From positions 864,001-928,000 of the forward strand of contig CM000152.2 in assembly GCA_000004695.1 (NCBI GenBank): a stretch of 64,000 nt of DNA. Direction: 5' to 3'. Origin of the DNA: Dictyostelium discoideum. Taxonomy: Eukaryota. Below are positions 1 through 13,011 of the stretch, piece after piece (position 1 is the stretch's first letter; each line of letters starts with the position of its first letter). The translations under genes and the position numbers were made by a program. The notes beneath the pieces are model-generated. The model searched no databases, had not been told where the DNA came from, and saw only the letters and a program-made list of their open reading frames with translations.

Positions 1-1176
1 AAGATATTGAAAATCTAAATGATCAATTAGAAGTTGATTGAATTTCCCTAACAGAAACAAATGAAAATATTTGGTCAAGTGAGTTTTCAAAACAAGGCAC
101 ATGTGCAATTGAAAGCGATAGTTTAGTTAATGGTACATTTTCTTATTTCCAAGCAGGAGTAAATTTACATCAAAAATTAAATTTAACCCAAGCTTTGGAA
201 AATGAAAATATTTATCCATCTTCAAAATTAATCTCTGCATCAAGTATTGCTAATGCTTTCAAAAATCAATTCTGTGGTAACCAGGAATGGGATGTGAACA
301 TTCTAAAATTTCCACTATTGCTATGTGTATTACTAAAGATCTCTCACTAATGGATTACCCAGATTTACATGGTTGGTCTTGTGATGGTGATGTTATACTT
401 CCATCAAGTTATTAAATATTTCTTAAAAAGTAAAAATTAAAAAATTAAATCTTTTTTTTTTTTTAAATTAATTTATCTATATCAAAATTTTTAAATTTCA
501 AATCATATTATACTTTTTTAAAAAAAAAAAAAATTTAAAAATATATTAAATTAAACAAAACATAAAAAAGTGAATATTTAAAATAATGGAAAATAATTAA
601 AAAATATTTATTTGTGAACTACCACTATTTTTAACTTTACAAAATTTAAAAATATCTATCATAAATATTAAATAGAAAGATCCTTAATTAAAACTTTTTA
701 TTTTATTTTTTTACAAAAATTAAATACCATTTCTTAAAATTAATTATTCAAAAATACAATTTTTTACCATTATTTAATTTTTAAAAAAAATCTGAAATTA
801 TTGAAAGACTGATATTTTAATGTATAGAAAAAAATACCAAATAATATCTTACAAAATTAAAATGAATGGGGTAAAAAACAAAAAAAAATTGTGGTTAAAT
901 ATAAATTGGATACCACTTTTAATTATTGGAATTTTAAACAAATAACAAAAATAATAATAATATTTATTTAAATAATTTTTTAAATATTTATATATATAAA
1001 ACAATTAAGCATATCTTTAAAAAAAAATAGTTTTTTTTTTTAAAAGATTTTAATTAATAATACTGGTAATAAGATAAAATTAATTTTTGCTTTGACTTAT
1101 TAATTGTATAAATAACTAATAAAAAATATATATTTAGGGAAATAATAATTATTAAAAATTATTTAAAAAATACAAA

Positions 1177-1611
1177 ATGAAATATTTAATTACAGTTTTA
1201 TTACTATTATTTGTTGTTAGCCTTGGTTCTTCTTATCAATGTGGTTATTATTCATGTACACCTGGTCATACTTGTACAAATAGTGACGGTGAATTTAAAT
1301 GTGTATACAATAAAGATGAATTAATTATTTCCCAAATTGTTACAAATAGTTGGTATGATCCTACTAATGGTGTAAGTGTTCAAGTTTTAGCAAATGTTAT
1401 TAATCATACACATCGTACTATAAAAAATGTAATTATTGCATCTGATGTGAAATTGAACAATCATCAAATTTGGGGTGCTAAAATAAATGGTTTTTTAATT
1501 GATTTTCCTGATTATGTTACAATTGCACCAGGTAAAAACTATACATTTGGTTATATTAGTTATGGAGTTAATGCTGCTCATCTTTGGGTCCAACGTGTAA
1601 ACAGTGTTTAA
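1177..1611 (+). CDS. Small secreted Cys-rich protein (144 aa). It has an N-terminal signal peptide, an 8-Cys module, and a C-terminal CBM49-like putative cellulose-binding domain. It is the divergent member of a 4-gene paralog family in this window.
   Basis: Complete ORF starting MKYLITVLLLLFVVSLGSS (hydrophobic signal). It shares the QCGxYxCxPGHTC...FKCVY..DELI..Q.VT.SWxD...G.SV.V...N.T..TIK...IA.D.KLN...IWGA..NGF......YV.IAPG....FGYI.....A.LWVQ block with the ORFs at 2013, 16882 and 17959. A TATA-like 'tgtataaata' lies about 70 bp upstream. Confidence 0.8.
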   Translation: MKYLITVLLLLFVVSLGSSYQCGYYSCTPGHTCTNSDGEFKCVYNKDELIISQIVTNSWYDPTNGVSVQVLANVINHTHRTIKNVIIASDVKLNNHQIWGAKINGFLIDFPDYVTIAPGKNYTFGYISYGVNAAHLWVQRVNSV

Positions 1612-2012
1612 ACATTTTTATTTAAATTATAAAATAAACTCATTATTAGTATATGTTTGTTAATAAAACTTATTACCTCGTGAGTAATTATTCATTTATT
1701 ATTAAAATAAAAACAAGTTTATATTCTCCAATACTATCTAAATTTATTTTTATTTTTTTTTACAAAAAATAAAATAAAAAAAAAAAAAAAAAAAAAAAAC
1801 TGTGGTTGTATAAGATTTAATAGATATTTGTGTATTTATATTATTTTTTATTGCATTTGACTAAACTTTATTTAATTAAAAAAAAAAAAAAAATAAAAAA
1901 AAATAAAAAATGGAAATTAAAAGAAGTATAAAACTATAATTTTCTTTTCTTAAATTTTACATTAACCATTAAATTCAATATTTTTTGTATAAACAAAAAT
2001 AGTAAAAGAAAA

Positions 2013-2453
2013 ATGAAATATTTAATTGCAATTTTATTAGCATTATTAGCTATTAGTGTTACTTCTGCTCATTACCAATGTGGTAGATATGCTTGTTTAC
2101 CAGGTCATACTTGTATTTGTGATAATGGTGTTTTCAAATGTGTTTATGTTTGTGATGAATTGATTATCACTCAAACTGTAACCGAAAGTTGGGTTGACGG
2201 TGCTGATGGTCCAAGTGTTAAAGTTGAAGTTGAAGCATATAATCATACACCACATACTATTAAAGATATTGTTATTGCCACTGATGCAAAATTAAATGCT
2301 GGTCAAATTTGGGGTGCTCAACTAAATGGTTTCTTTTTGAATATGGCTAGTTATGTTTCAATTGCTCCAGGTCAAACTCACAAATTTGGTTATATCAACA
2401 AAGGTGATCATGCTGCTCGTCTCTGGGTTCAAAACATTTATATCTCAAAATAG
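2013..2453 (+). CDS. Small secreted Cys-rich CBM49-like protein (146 aa), tandem paralog of 1177..1611.
   Basis: Complete ORF with signal peptide MKYLIAILLALLAISVTSA. It is about 85% identical at protein level to the ORFs at 16882..17322 and 17959..18399. The WVDGADG...IWGAQLNGF...FGYINKGDHAARLWVQN block matches my recollection of the CBM49 module of plant GH9 cellulases (WVDNG...LYGPLWGL...FVYI). Confidence 0.85.
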   Translation: MKYLIAILLALLAISVTSAHYQCGRYACLPGHTCICDNGVFKCVYVCDELIITQTVTESWVDGADGPSVKVEVEAYNHTPHTIKDIVIATDAKLNAGQIWGAQLNGFFLNMASYVSIAPGQTHKFGYINKGDHAARLWVQNIYISK

Positions 2454-2713
2454 AGATATAAATACTAAACATTATGACAAAATCAATTTAAAAAATAAAA
2501 AAAACATATTTTTTTAAAAGGTTTATTAATAAAACTTGGATTTGGATTTATTATTTATTATTATTATTTTATAATCGAGACACATTTATTAAAGGTTGGT
2601 TACGTTTTGATTTTAATGTTTTGTTTTGTTTTGTTGTTGTTTTTATAATTTATTTAAAGATATATATATACATTCCTAAAGTTTTTTTTTTTTTTTTTTT
2701 TTTTTTAATTTTA

Positions 2714-4773
2714 TCATTCATCATTATGATATTCTCTTAAAACTTTATGAAGATTAGAATTTTTTGATAATAATTTATAACCTCTATTTAATTCAGAGAT
2801 GATAATGGAAAGATTTGGCCTATTGACAACCCTAGCTAAATTATGAGTTGTTTCAAAAGGATCTTCAATACTGAACCAATAATGACTTTTCTTTGCGATT
2901 GATTCCCAAGTTTTTGAGGATTTTTGAATTGGACTACCAGTACGAATTGAGACTACTTGATTCATGAAACTGAATTCTCTTGAGTAAGTTTGAAAGAAAT
3001 GAAAGACCAAAGAACCCAAAGTCTCTTTATTGTCACTACCAAATCCAACCAATTTACTAATGTCATTATAATATTTACAGTTGAAGCCATCGACCATAAC
3101 ATCGGGTAATAGGTCACCATACTCCTTACCATTGATAAGCTTTGGACCATTTGCCAACTCTTGTAAACATGGTAATATTGGTGGTTGACGAGTTTGAAGA
3201 AAACTAATTACCAAATTAATGTAAGCATACGATGACAATGTGCCCAACGAAGGTTCATTGATCTTTCTTCTCTTTGCCCATCTTTTTACAACATAAACCA
3301 ATGGTTTCATTCTTTCATCGATCATTGAATAATCTTGAACCAATCTAGTGTTATAGATTGCCAATCTATTGTTCATACAAATATCACATGATAAACCAGT
3401 GTTTGGATCCTTAAATTTAACGATTGGTACACGTGCTGTTGGAATTGCCAATATCTTTTGAAATCCATTAATCTTTAACATCTCTGCCAATCTCTCTATA
3501 ATTACATCGGATGTACCCTCTGATGATTGATCAATCACCATACAAATGTCAATATCACCATTCTTTAATGACATACCATTTGCACTTGATCCAAATAAAT
3601 GTAATTTAACTCCTGAATCTAAATTTTATTTATTTATTTATTTATTTATAAATAACATTGTTAATATATTTATAAATGGTAAATTATTATTATTTTAAAG
3701 AATCAAACTTACTTGGAAATATCTTTGAAACTAAATTTTGTAAACGAATTAATAAACTTTTGCCTCTATTTTCTTCACATTTTGATTTTTCAAAGATATC
3801 AAAAGCATGACTTGTAATTTCTTTTATTTTTTCTTCAGATGGTTTTGGTAAGAGTGGTCTCTTCTTTTCAATCTTTTTCTTTGCTTTTTCAATCTCTTCT
3901 TCATCATCCTCTTCGCCAACTGTATTTATTGATTCTTCAGTTGTTGTTGTTGTTGTTGTTGTTGTTGTTGAAGTTTGAGTAGAGGTTGCATCTTGGTGTT
4001 GATGATAATCATTACTATCAAAATTAATGTTTACATTACCATCTGCTGAATCATCCAATAATGAATTAATTCTGTCATGAATTGATAATGATTCCAATGA
4101 CAATGATTCAACCATACCATTATTTTCACCACTATTACTAATATTACCATTATTATTATTATTGTTATTCATCATCATCATCATTAACATTTGATTATGC
4201 TGTTGTTGGCTATGATTCAAGAAATTATTATTATTACCGCTATTTATTAAACCATTCTCTAATTTAAATAATATACTTTCTTCGTTATTATTATTATTAT
4301 TATTATTATTGTTGTTGTTGTTATTAAAATTTTGATGATCAAAGTTTGGCTGATATTGTTGATGTTGTGCCTGTTGGAGAATATTCATATTAAGTGGGTG
4401 TGGATGCTGTTGGTGATGTAACATTTGCATATGTTGCTGCTGTTGTTGCTGTTGCTGTTGTTGGAGTAACAATTGCTGCTGTTGTTGTTGTTGCTGTTGT
4501 TGCTGCTGCTGTTGGAATTGAATAAATTGCATAATATTTGGTGGTTGACCTGCCCCTCCATTAAAGTTTCCAAATGGTATTGTTTGATGATTATTTTTTG
4601 ATGGTGTATTATAACCCATTGAAGATGGAGGTGGTGGTGGTGAAGAAGGAGGTATACCACCACCACCCATTTGATGTGATGGTGATAATGGTCCATCATA
4701 ATTATGATATCCATTGGCACCATTTGAAAATAGATGATTTTGATCAATTTCATCATTATTACTATTATTATTA

Positions 4774-4827
<54 letters not shown>

Positions 4828-5728
4828 GTGGCACCTCTTAAAGAACCAAACATATCTTCAAATTGATTTGAACCAACACCTATAGAACCATTTAAAAATG
4901 AAGCACTATTACTATTGATATTTTGTTGTAATTGTTGTAATGGTGATAATTGAGTAATGTCATTGTTTCCATTGAATAATTGATGATGGTGATGGTGATG
5001 ATGAATATTAGTACCTAATAAATTAGCACCTCCAAACATTGTTGATGACCAATCTGAAAAGAATGGATAATTAAAAAATGAACCTTGGTCATTAACCCCA
5101 ATACTACCATTATTGAGTTCATTGTTATTTTTATTATTAACATTATTATTATTATTATTATTATTATTAGCACCATTGTTAATACCATTACCATTGAATT
5201 GAAATTCTGGTAATAATGATCTTTGTTGTTGTTGTTGCTGCTGTAACTGTCTTTGTTGTAATAAAAATAATTGCTGTTGCTGTTGTTGTTGTTGCTGCTG
5301 TTGAATCATTTGCATATGTTGTAAATGTTGGTATTGCATGAAATCAAGATTATTGGATTGTTCAATTCCATCTTCATATATATAATTACCATCATCATTA
5401 ATATTATTATTATTATTATTTTCATTATCGAATTGATTATTTATATTACTATTACCACCATTAATAGTATTATTATTAATATTATTATTATTATTATTAA
5501 TATTATTATTATTATTATTGTTGTTGTTGTTGTTGTTGTTGTTACTAACTATATGACCCACCTCATTACCATTGTTAGTGTTAATATTGTTATTAATATT
5601 ATTAATATTATTATTATTAATATTATTATTATTAATATTATTATTATTATTTTGAATGTGGTGATCTTTTTTAGTTTTTGGTTGGTATGTAAAGTTGCTA
5701 TTGTTTTGGGTATTATTGTGATGGTGGC

Positions 5729-5791
<63 letters not shown>

Positions 5792-6080
5792 TATTATTAT
5801 TATTATTATTACTGTTGTTGTTATTATTATTATTGTTATTATTATTATTATTGTTATTATGATGGTGATGATAATGATGATTGTGGTGATTATTCTTTTT
5901 ATGGTGGGAATTATTATTACCATTATTGATGTCATTTGGATTGTCTACACCATTTTGGTTATTTTTATTGTTGTTATTATTGTTATTATTGTTATTGTTA
6001 TTATTATTATTTTTATAGTGGTGATGCTTTTTATTATTGTGAACAACACCACTGCCACCAGAACTATTAGGATTACTCAT
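2714..6080 (-). CDS. Cid1/GLD-2-family non-canonical poly(A) polymerase or terminal uridylyltransferase, about 1090 aa. Structure is join(2714..3618, 3713..6080) on the minus strand, with one 94-nt intron (GTAAGT...TTTAG). The N-terminal roughly 790 aa is poly-N/Q/H low complexity; the C-terminus carries the nucleotidyltransferase and PAP-associated domains.
   Basis: The 796-aa and 286-aa minus-strand ORFs join across a GTAAGT donor (forward 3707-3712 = acttac) and an AG acceptor (forward 3619-3620 = ct). The junction reconstitutes the Pol-beta NTase motif ...NSGVKLHLFGSSANGMSLKNGDIDICMV (hG[GS]...DxD), followed by KILAIPTARVPIVKF and a PAP/25A-associated region. The exon-1 tail that the ORF track reads as SKFDSLK* is really intron. 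Confidence 0.75.
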
Positions 6081-6118
6081 TTTTTGTTCTGGCTGGGTCT
6101 TTTTTTTTCTTTTTGAAT

Positions 6119-6157
<39 letters not shown>

Positions 6158-6474
6158 TTTTTTATTATTAGATTATTATTATTCTTTTTATTCTTTTTAT
6201 TCTTTTCTATTTTTATAAAAAAAAAAAAAAAAAAGTGTTAGAATATTATTTTGATATTACACTCTGAATTAAAATTTGAAAAATGAGCCCCTTATTCAAA
6301 TGTGAAATTGTAGTTTAAGTTCACAAAGTAAAAAATAAAGCTTACATAATTATGTAAAATAAAAATGTGAATTTTGGGTATAATTAAAAAATTTGAAAAA
6401 AATAAAAAAAAAAAAAAATATAAAAAAAAAAAAATGAAAAATTTTTTTTTTATATTTTTTTTTTATTTTAATTT

Positions 6475-6523
<49 letters not shown>

Positions 6524-6596
6524 GATTAATCCTTTCCAAAATATCTAAAAAAAAACAAAAAAAAAAAAAAAAAATTTTAAAAAAATATAAAATAAA

Positions 6597-6707
6597 ATGA
6601 GCGATTCCGAAGATGTAGTAAAAGTTGAAAGTTGTGTTTTGGGTACCAAAGGGCAGTATGTATAATAATTTTAAAATATTTCAAATAATTTCAAAATTTT
6701 TACTAAT

Positions 6708-6749
<42 letters not shown>

Positions 6750-7423
6750 GGGATTCAGCATATGATAGAGAATTAGATTGTTTTGAAGAAACAGGTGATG
6801 TTGGTGAGATTTGGTTTGGTAAATCATGTTTAAAAACAATGTGTAAAGGAGTTTCACAATTATCAGAATTAAATAAAGAAACTTCAAAAATTATAGATTT
6901 AGGTTGTGGTAATGGAATGACTTTAATTGAATTAGTAAGTAATAATAAAAATTAATTTTTATTAATTAATTAATTAACAAATTTTATTTTTATTTTATTT
7001 TAGTCAAAATTAGGATTTAAAAAATTAGATGGTTCAGATTATTCAGATAAAGGTATTGAATTAGCAAAGAGAATTATGGAACAAGAAGGATTTAATCATA
7101 TAAATTATTTTGTAGATGATATTACAGATTCAAAGATTGAACAATATGTTTATGATGCAGTTTTAGATAAAGGTACATTCGATGCAATTGCATTATCAGA
7201 GGATAGAGATAGAATGAAACAATTATATAAACAACATGTTGAACATATCTTAAAACCTGATGGTATTTTCGTAATTACAAGTTGTAATTACACTGAAAAT
7301 GAATTAAAACTTTATTATACTTCACCACAATTCGAATTTATTAAAAATATTCAATATCCAGTTTTTAGTTTTGGTGGTTCAAAAGGTACAACTCAAACAA
7401 CTTTAATTTTTAAAAAGAAATAA
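6597..7423 (+). CDS. EEF1A lysine methyltransferase 2 (METTL10/Efm4) homolog, a class I SAM-dependent methyltransferase. Structure is join(6597..6655, 6748..6934, 7004..7423).
   Basis: Exon 1 is MSDSEDVVKVESCVLGTKGQ with a GTATGT donor. Exon 2 reads [28 protein letters not shown]...IIDLGCGNGMTLIEL (SAM motif I) with a GTAAGT donor. Exon 3 reads SKLGFKKLDGSDYS...DKGTFDAIALS...IFVITSCNYTENEL...FSFGG. The whole is collinear with human METTL10 ([28 protein letters not shown]...LDIGTGNG...IDKGTFDAISL...FLITSCNWT...FSFGG), recalled from memory. Confidence 0.8.
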
Positions 7424-7696
7424 GAAATAAAAAATAAAATAAAAATCATTTGAAAAAAAAATAAAAAAAAAAAATTATTTTTTATACTTTTTTTTTTAAT
7501 TATAATATTATAATTTAAAAATTTTAATTGGATAAAATTAAAATAAAAAAAAATTGTTTAGGAAAAAATAATTATTGAAAATAAATTATTAAAATAAAAA
7601 ATTGTTTAGGAAATAATAAATTAAAATTAAATTAACAATTACCAAATTAACAAAATAAATAAATGAAAAAAAAATAAATGTGAAATAAATAATAAT

Positions 7697-7733
<37 letters not shown>

Positions 7734-7774
7734 ATAATAAAAAAAGTTTATTAATAAATTAAAGATTAATTAAT

Positions 7775-8149
7775 TTAGTTTTTGGCTTCTTTTTTATCCA
7801 TGATGACTTCAACATCAACGCCAGCTTCGATTGAGATGGTGTTCATTTCCTTGACGAAATCTTGGGTGGATAAGATGTGGATGACACGTTTGTGGATTCT
7901 CATTTCGAAACGATCCCAGGTGTTTGTACCTTCACCACATGGACTTTTACGGGTGGTGATTTTTAAGACTTTGTTTGGGATACGGATTGGACCCTTAGCC
8001 TTGACTTTCTTGTTTTTAGCAAGAGTGATGATATCAGCGCAAACTTTTTCAAGAGATTTTGGGTTTCTTGAGGTTAAGGTGATACTGATTTTGTTGACAG
8101 CTGGGGCTGCAACGGTTTCTTCGGTTTTTTTGATTGGGTTCATTGACAT
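7775..8149 (-). CDS. rps20: 40S ribosomal protein S20 (uS10), 124 aa, single exon.
   Basis: [62 protein letters not shown] matches eukaryotic RPS20 almost residue-for-residue. Confidence 0.9.
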   Translation of the reverse strand: MSMNPIKKTEETVAAPAVNKISITLTSRNPKSLEKVCADIITLAKNKKVKAKGPIRIPNKVLKITTRKSPCGEGTNTWDRFEMRIHKRVIHILSTQDFVKEMNTISIEAGVDVEVIMDKKEAKN

Positions 8150-8673
8150 TGTGTAAGTTTATAAAGACTCGCAAGAGGTGGGATGATACAAAGAGAAAAA
8201 AAAAAAAAAAAAAAAAATTCAAAAAAAAAAAAAAAAAATTCCCGCACACCCAGCCCCAATCCTCTAAAAAAAAAATAAAAAAAAAATAAAAAAAAAATAA
8301 AAAAAAAATAAAATTTACAAAACCATCAAAATTTTTTTTATTTTATTTACATAACTTTTACATAAAATTATGTAAAAAAAAAAAAAAAAAAAAGAAAAAA
8401 TAATTATAAAAAAAAAAAAAAAAAAAAACAAATAAATAAATAAAAAGTTATTTAACTCTAAGTATTATTATTATATAATTTTTTTTTTTCTTTATTTTTT
8501 TAATAACAATAATAATTTTTATTCAATTTCAACAAGCTCAAATTTTTTTTTTTTTTTTTTTTTTTTCCAGGTTTTCTTTTTTTTTAATTATTAATCTTTT
8601 TTTTTTTTTTTTAAAAATCTTATTTTATTTTATTTTATTTTATTTTTCTTTCTTTTTTTTTTTTTTGTTATTA

Positions 8674-9637
8674 TTATTGATTAAATGTTTGAGTACCTTT
8701 ACTGATTAAAATAGGTGGCACTTTCATGAAATGATTATATTCGGCAGCAACTTGAGAGAATATGATTTTTTCATCAACAATCTTTTCTTCATATTTTTCA
8801 TCAAGGTAATGGAGAGAATAAGATACAGCAACAGCAATCATTGTATAAATTACAAATTTATCAAATTCAGGACCTGCTATTGACATAATTAAAACATGTA
8901 GTGGAGAGAATAATGTAAATAAAACTCTTGATGGGAATTCTTTTTTATTATTGTTATTTTTAATTTAAAAAAAAAATGAAAAGTATTAGTAATTTGATTA
9001 TTATTATTATTATTATTAGTTATTTTTTATTAATTACACTTACTTGGATCCCATGATTTTAAAACTATAACATTATCAATTGAACCAGATGGAGATTCGA
9101 TTTGGGTGATTGACATATTTGGAGATTTAAAAGTTGTACCTTCATAACGATAGAGATAAGAGGTTTTAGTTGTATTGAAATAAATAAAAGTATTGGCTAT
9201 ACTGAATAAGAGTAAAAGAAAAGCAAAGAAAGTATTCAAGAGGTCAATTGAGTAGCCTAATAATAAAAGATTCAACAATAGAGCCAATCCATAGATTGAG
9301 CTCTTATAATATTGACTATGATGAAATGTTGAAATGTTTTCTTGAATTTCGTCAAACTTATCCAATGGATAATTAAAAACATCCTTTATCTTCTCACTAA
9401 CTGGTTTCTTTCTCATTTTTGCTGGTGTATTTGGTGCATTACTATTAACACTTCCATTTGGTGTATTTGGAATATGTAAATAGTTACTATTGGTACCATT
9501 AAATGATTTTTTAAAATTTGATTCAGGTGTTGCTAGAATATTATTATTTGTTGTTGTAGCTCGGAATTTACTATTAGTACTTGATATTAATGATTCATTT
9601 GGATAGTCTATCATTTCATCATCTTCTCTATTATTTA

Positions 9638-9671
<34 letters not shown>

Positions 9672-10217
9672 GACAGTTGGTTGTGATACAGGTTCTTGTG
9701 AAGGTTGTGTTGTGGGTTGTGGCTGACTAAAGAATTTATTAAAAAAGTTACTATTGGAGGTAAGAGTTGGTATTGATGGGGCTGGTGTAGGTTGTGGAGG
9801 TTGTGGTTGTGGTTGTGGTTGTGGTTGTGGTTGTGGTTGTGGTTGTGGTTGTGGTTGTGGTCTTTGTGTTTGTAATTGTGATTGTGAGAGGGGAGGTTTG
9901 TTATTATAGTTTTGACTTGTGTCTCCAGATATGGAGTATCTAAGTGATGAACGTTTTAATGTTGGTGTTGTTTCATTTAAAAATGCTGGGTTGTTATTGT
10001 TTATACTAGTATTAAAATTTATTGGATTTGTACGTTCATTGTTGCTGTAAAAGGAGGATGGTTGAATTGATTGTCTACCTGGTGTTCTTGATGGTGGTCT
10101 CTTTTGAGGATTATTACCACCAATACCTATACTATTTGTGTTGTTTCCGCTCAAACTAAATCTAGGTCTATTATTATTACTATTACTATTACTATTACTA
10201 CCAAAATTATTATCCAT
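8674..10217 (-). CDS. Predicted multi-pass membrane protein of unknown function, about 479 aa. Structure is join(8674..8939, 9044..10217). The N-terminal half is Ser/Asn/Pro/Gln-rich with a (PQ)17 repeat. The C-terminal part has 3 predicted TM helices and an acidic tail.
   Basis: The 395-aa ORF ends ...KSWDP followed by a GTAAGT donor (forward 9038-9043 = acttac). The acceptor is (A)AAAAAG|AATTCCC (forward ct at 8940-8941). The joined frame runs into the 70-aa ORF: ...WDPKFPSRVLFTLFSPLHVLIMSIAGPEFDKFVIYTMIAVAVSYSLHYLDEKYEEKIVDEK... Confidence 0.6.
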
Positions 10218-10644
10218 TATTATCTTTTAAAAGATTGGTGTGTGCGCATAAATTTTATTTTTTGTATCTTTTTTTTTTTTTTTTTTATTTTTTATTTTTT
10301 TTATTTTTTTTTATTTTTCAAATTTAAAAAAAAATAGGGGGTGAAAAATGAAAAAAAAAATGAGCGGGAAATTTTGCTTTTATTAATTTTTTATAATTTT
10401 GCTTTCATTAATTTTTTTTTTTTTTATTTATTTAATTTTTATTTTTTATTTTTTTATTTTTTTAATTTTTTTTTTTTTTTTTTTTAAAATTTTCAAAATT
10501 GAAAGTTTTTTTTTTTTTTTTTTAATTTTTTCAAATTTTTTATTTTTTTCAAAACTCACTCCACTTTCTTAACACATTTTATATTTCATCTTTTTTTTTT
10601 TTTTTTTTTTTATCTATCATTTTTTTACTAATCAAATAATAAAA

Positions 10645-10675
<31 letters not shown>

Positions 10676-10845
10676 TAAACACACCCCACATAGAGATATA
10701 AAATTAGAAAAATTCGAAAAAAGAGTAAAATTTTAAAACCCAAAAAAAAAAAAAAAAAAAAAAAAGAAATATAAAAATCTTACAAATAAAAAAAACACTA
10801 AATATCTGAATATTGTTGATCAATTTACAAAATAATACACACAAA

Positions 10846-10935
10846 TAAAAACACACTGACCCACCCCCGCACTAAATATCACAATTGCTCCCCACACAAT
10901 CACGCACAATAACCGTATCACACGATAACACATAA
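10846..10935. promoter_or_regulatory. CA-rich, comparatively GC-rich island (acacactgacccacccccgcactaaatatcacaattgctccccacacaatcacgcacaataaccgtatcacacgataacacat) directly upstream of the SR-protein start codon.
   Basis: Compositional island in the divergent intergenic region 10218..10944. Confidence 0.4.
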
Positions 10936-10944
10936 AAGAGATTA

Positions 10945-11407
10945 ATGAAGGTGTTTGTCAAAGGTAATGAAAGAAAAAGAAAACTCGAAACCCTACCTGA
11001 CCTGCTTACCTACCTGACTCTTATTAAGAACCTACCTTTAACCATATAAATAATAATAAAAAAAAAAAAAAATTAAAAAAAAAAAAATTAAAAAAAATAA
11101 TAATAATGCCGACGATAATAATAATAGTTCCAACAACAACAAAAACAACAACAACAACAATAACAAAAGTAATAAATAGATAATACTTATTATAAAAATA
11201 AAAATAATAATAATAGTTAATAATAATAAAAACAAATAGTAATAGTAATAGTAATACTAATAGATGATACATCAATCAACACTATCCAATATTTAAAATA
11301 TAGTATTAATAAATTTTATTTTACGGTAATATTATGGAAAATGGATTGGTTAATGGATAATATCAACTATAGGCATAAATAATAATAATAACAAAAATAA
11401 AAATAAA

Positions 11408-11498
<91 letters not shown>

Positions 11499-12957
11499 TA
11501 ACACCAATAGTAACAATAACAATAACAAATAATAATAATAAATAATAATAATAAATAATAATAATAATAATAATAATAATTACTAATATATGGATAAATG
11601 GATATGGTATGGACTTGGATGTCCATGGATATGGATGGAAATGGATAAATGGAAATGGATATTTTTTTATTTATTATTGTTTTGGTGGAAATTGGAATTG
11701 GATTTGGATTGGAATTGGATTGGAATTGGAATGAATGTTATTTTCTGTTTTACTTTTTTTTTTTTTTTTTTTGTTTTTTGGGATTGTTTTTTTTTGGTGT
11801 AGTACATATTGGGATTGGAATCACATTCGCACCAAAAATAACAACAATCATTTTTTATCAAATACTGAATTAAGCATCAAAATATTAATATTATTTACTT
11901 TTCAAATTTAATTACTATTACATAAAATTTATTTACTTTTTTTATAATAAATAATAATAATAAATAATAATAAATATTAAATAATAATAATAATAATAAT
12001 ATGAAGGTATTTCTGAAAAAACAAATAAAAGAGATATTGAAGAATACTTTAACAAGATTGGTCCTGTGTTAAACGTTCAAACTGGTTCTTCTGATTTTGC
12101 ATTTGTTGATATGCAGTATGAGAGAGACGGTCAAGAATTACTAGGATTACAAGAAATTATAATAAGCGGAAAACGTGTTAAAGTTGAAAAAGCCAAAACA
12201 AACGAAGAACGAGAAATTCATAGGGAGAAATATAGAGAAAGATTTATAAATAATCATCATCATCATCATCATCATCATCACAACAACAATAATAACAATA
12301 ACAACAACAACGACAACAATAATATCACAAACTTAAACAATAATCATTACAGTAACAACAACAACAACAACAACAACAACAACGATAATAACAATAACGA
12401 TAATAACAATAACGATATGAATAATATGAGCTATAATAATAATAACAATAATAATAATGGAATGAGAGGTGAAAGCCAAGGTTATAGAGATCAAGGTGGT
12501 TACAGAGATAGTCATCGTGATAGAGATAGAGACTCTTATGGTGGTAGAGAGGGCAGCCATAGAGATGGTGGTAGATCAAACTACGAAGATAGGGACAGAG
12601 GTTACAATAACAACAGAGACCATCATCATGGTGGTGGCGGTGGTCACAGAGATCATAGAGACAGAGATTATGGTCATAGAGATGGTGGTTATGGTAATAG
12701 AGGTGGCGATAGAGACCATCGTGGCTCTGATAGAGGTGATCGTTATGGTAACGATAGAGACAGATTTAGATCAGGTGGCGGCAGAGATGGCGGCTACAAC
12801 AGAGGTGGCAATGACCGAGAAAGATTTAGATCTGACAGAAGAGACAATGGTGGTCCACCAATGAGCAAGTTTGATTCCATCTGTTACAATTGCAGAAAAT
12901 CTGGTCATTATGCTAGAGATTGTCAAGAAAGGTAAATATAAAATTTTCTAATGGGTT

Positions 12958-13011
<54 letters not shown>

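Noticed and set aside
4385-6116. ORFs 4385..4834(-), 4574..4828(+), 5325..6116(+) and 5549..5935(-) encoding poly-I, poly-Y or poly-V peptides.
   Set aside because: They are alternative-frame or antisense readings of the (AAT)n, (CAA)n and (CAT)n tracts of the Cid1-family gene. They are pure homopolymers with no independent start context.
12001-12006. ATGAAG at 12001 as the SR-protein start codon.
   Set aside because: It is out of frame with the RRM exon (the frame hits TAA at 12070). The RRM frame is closed upstream by TAA at 11997. It is better explained as the last 6 nt of intron 1 before the AG acceptor, though the similarity to exon 1 is noted as a finding.
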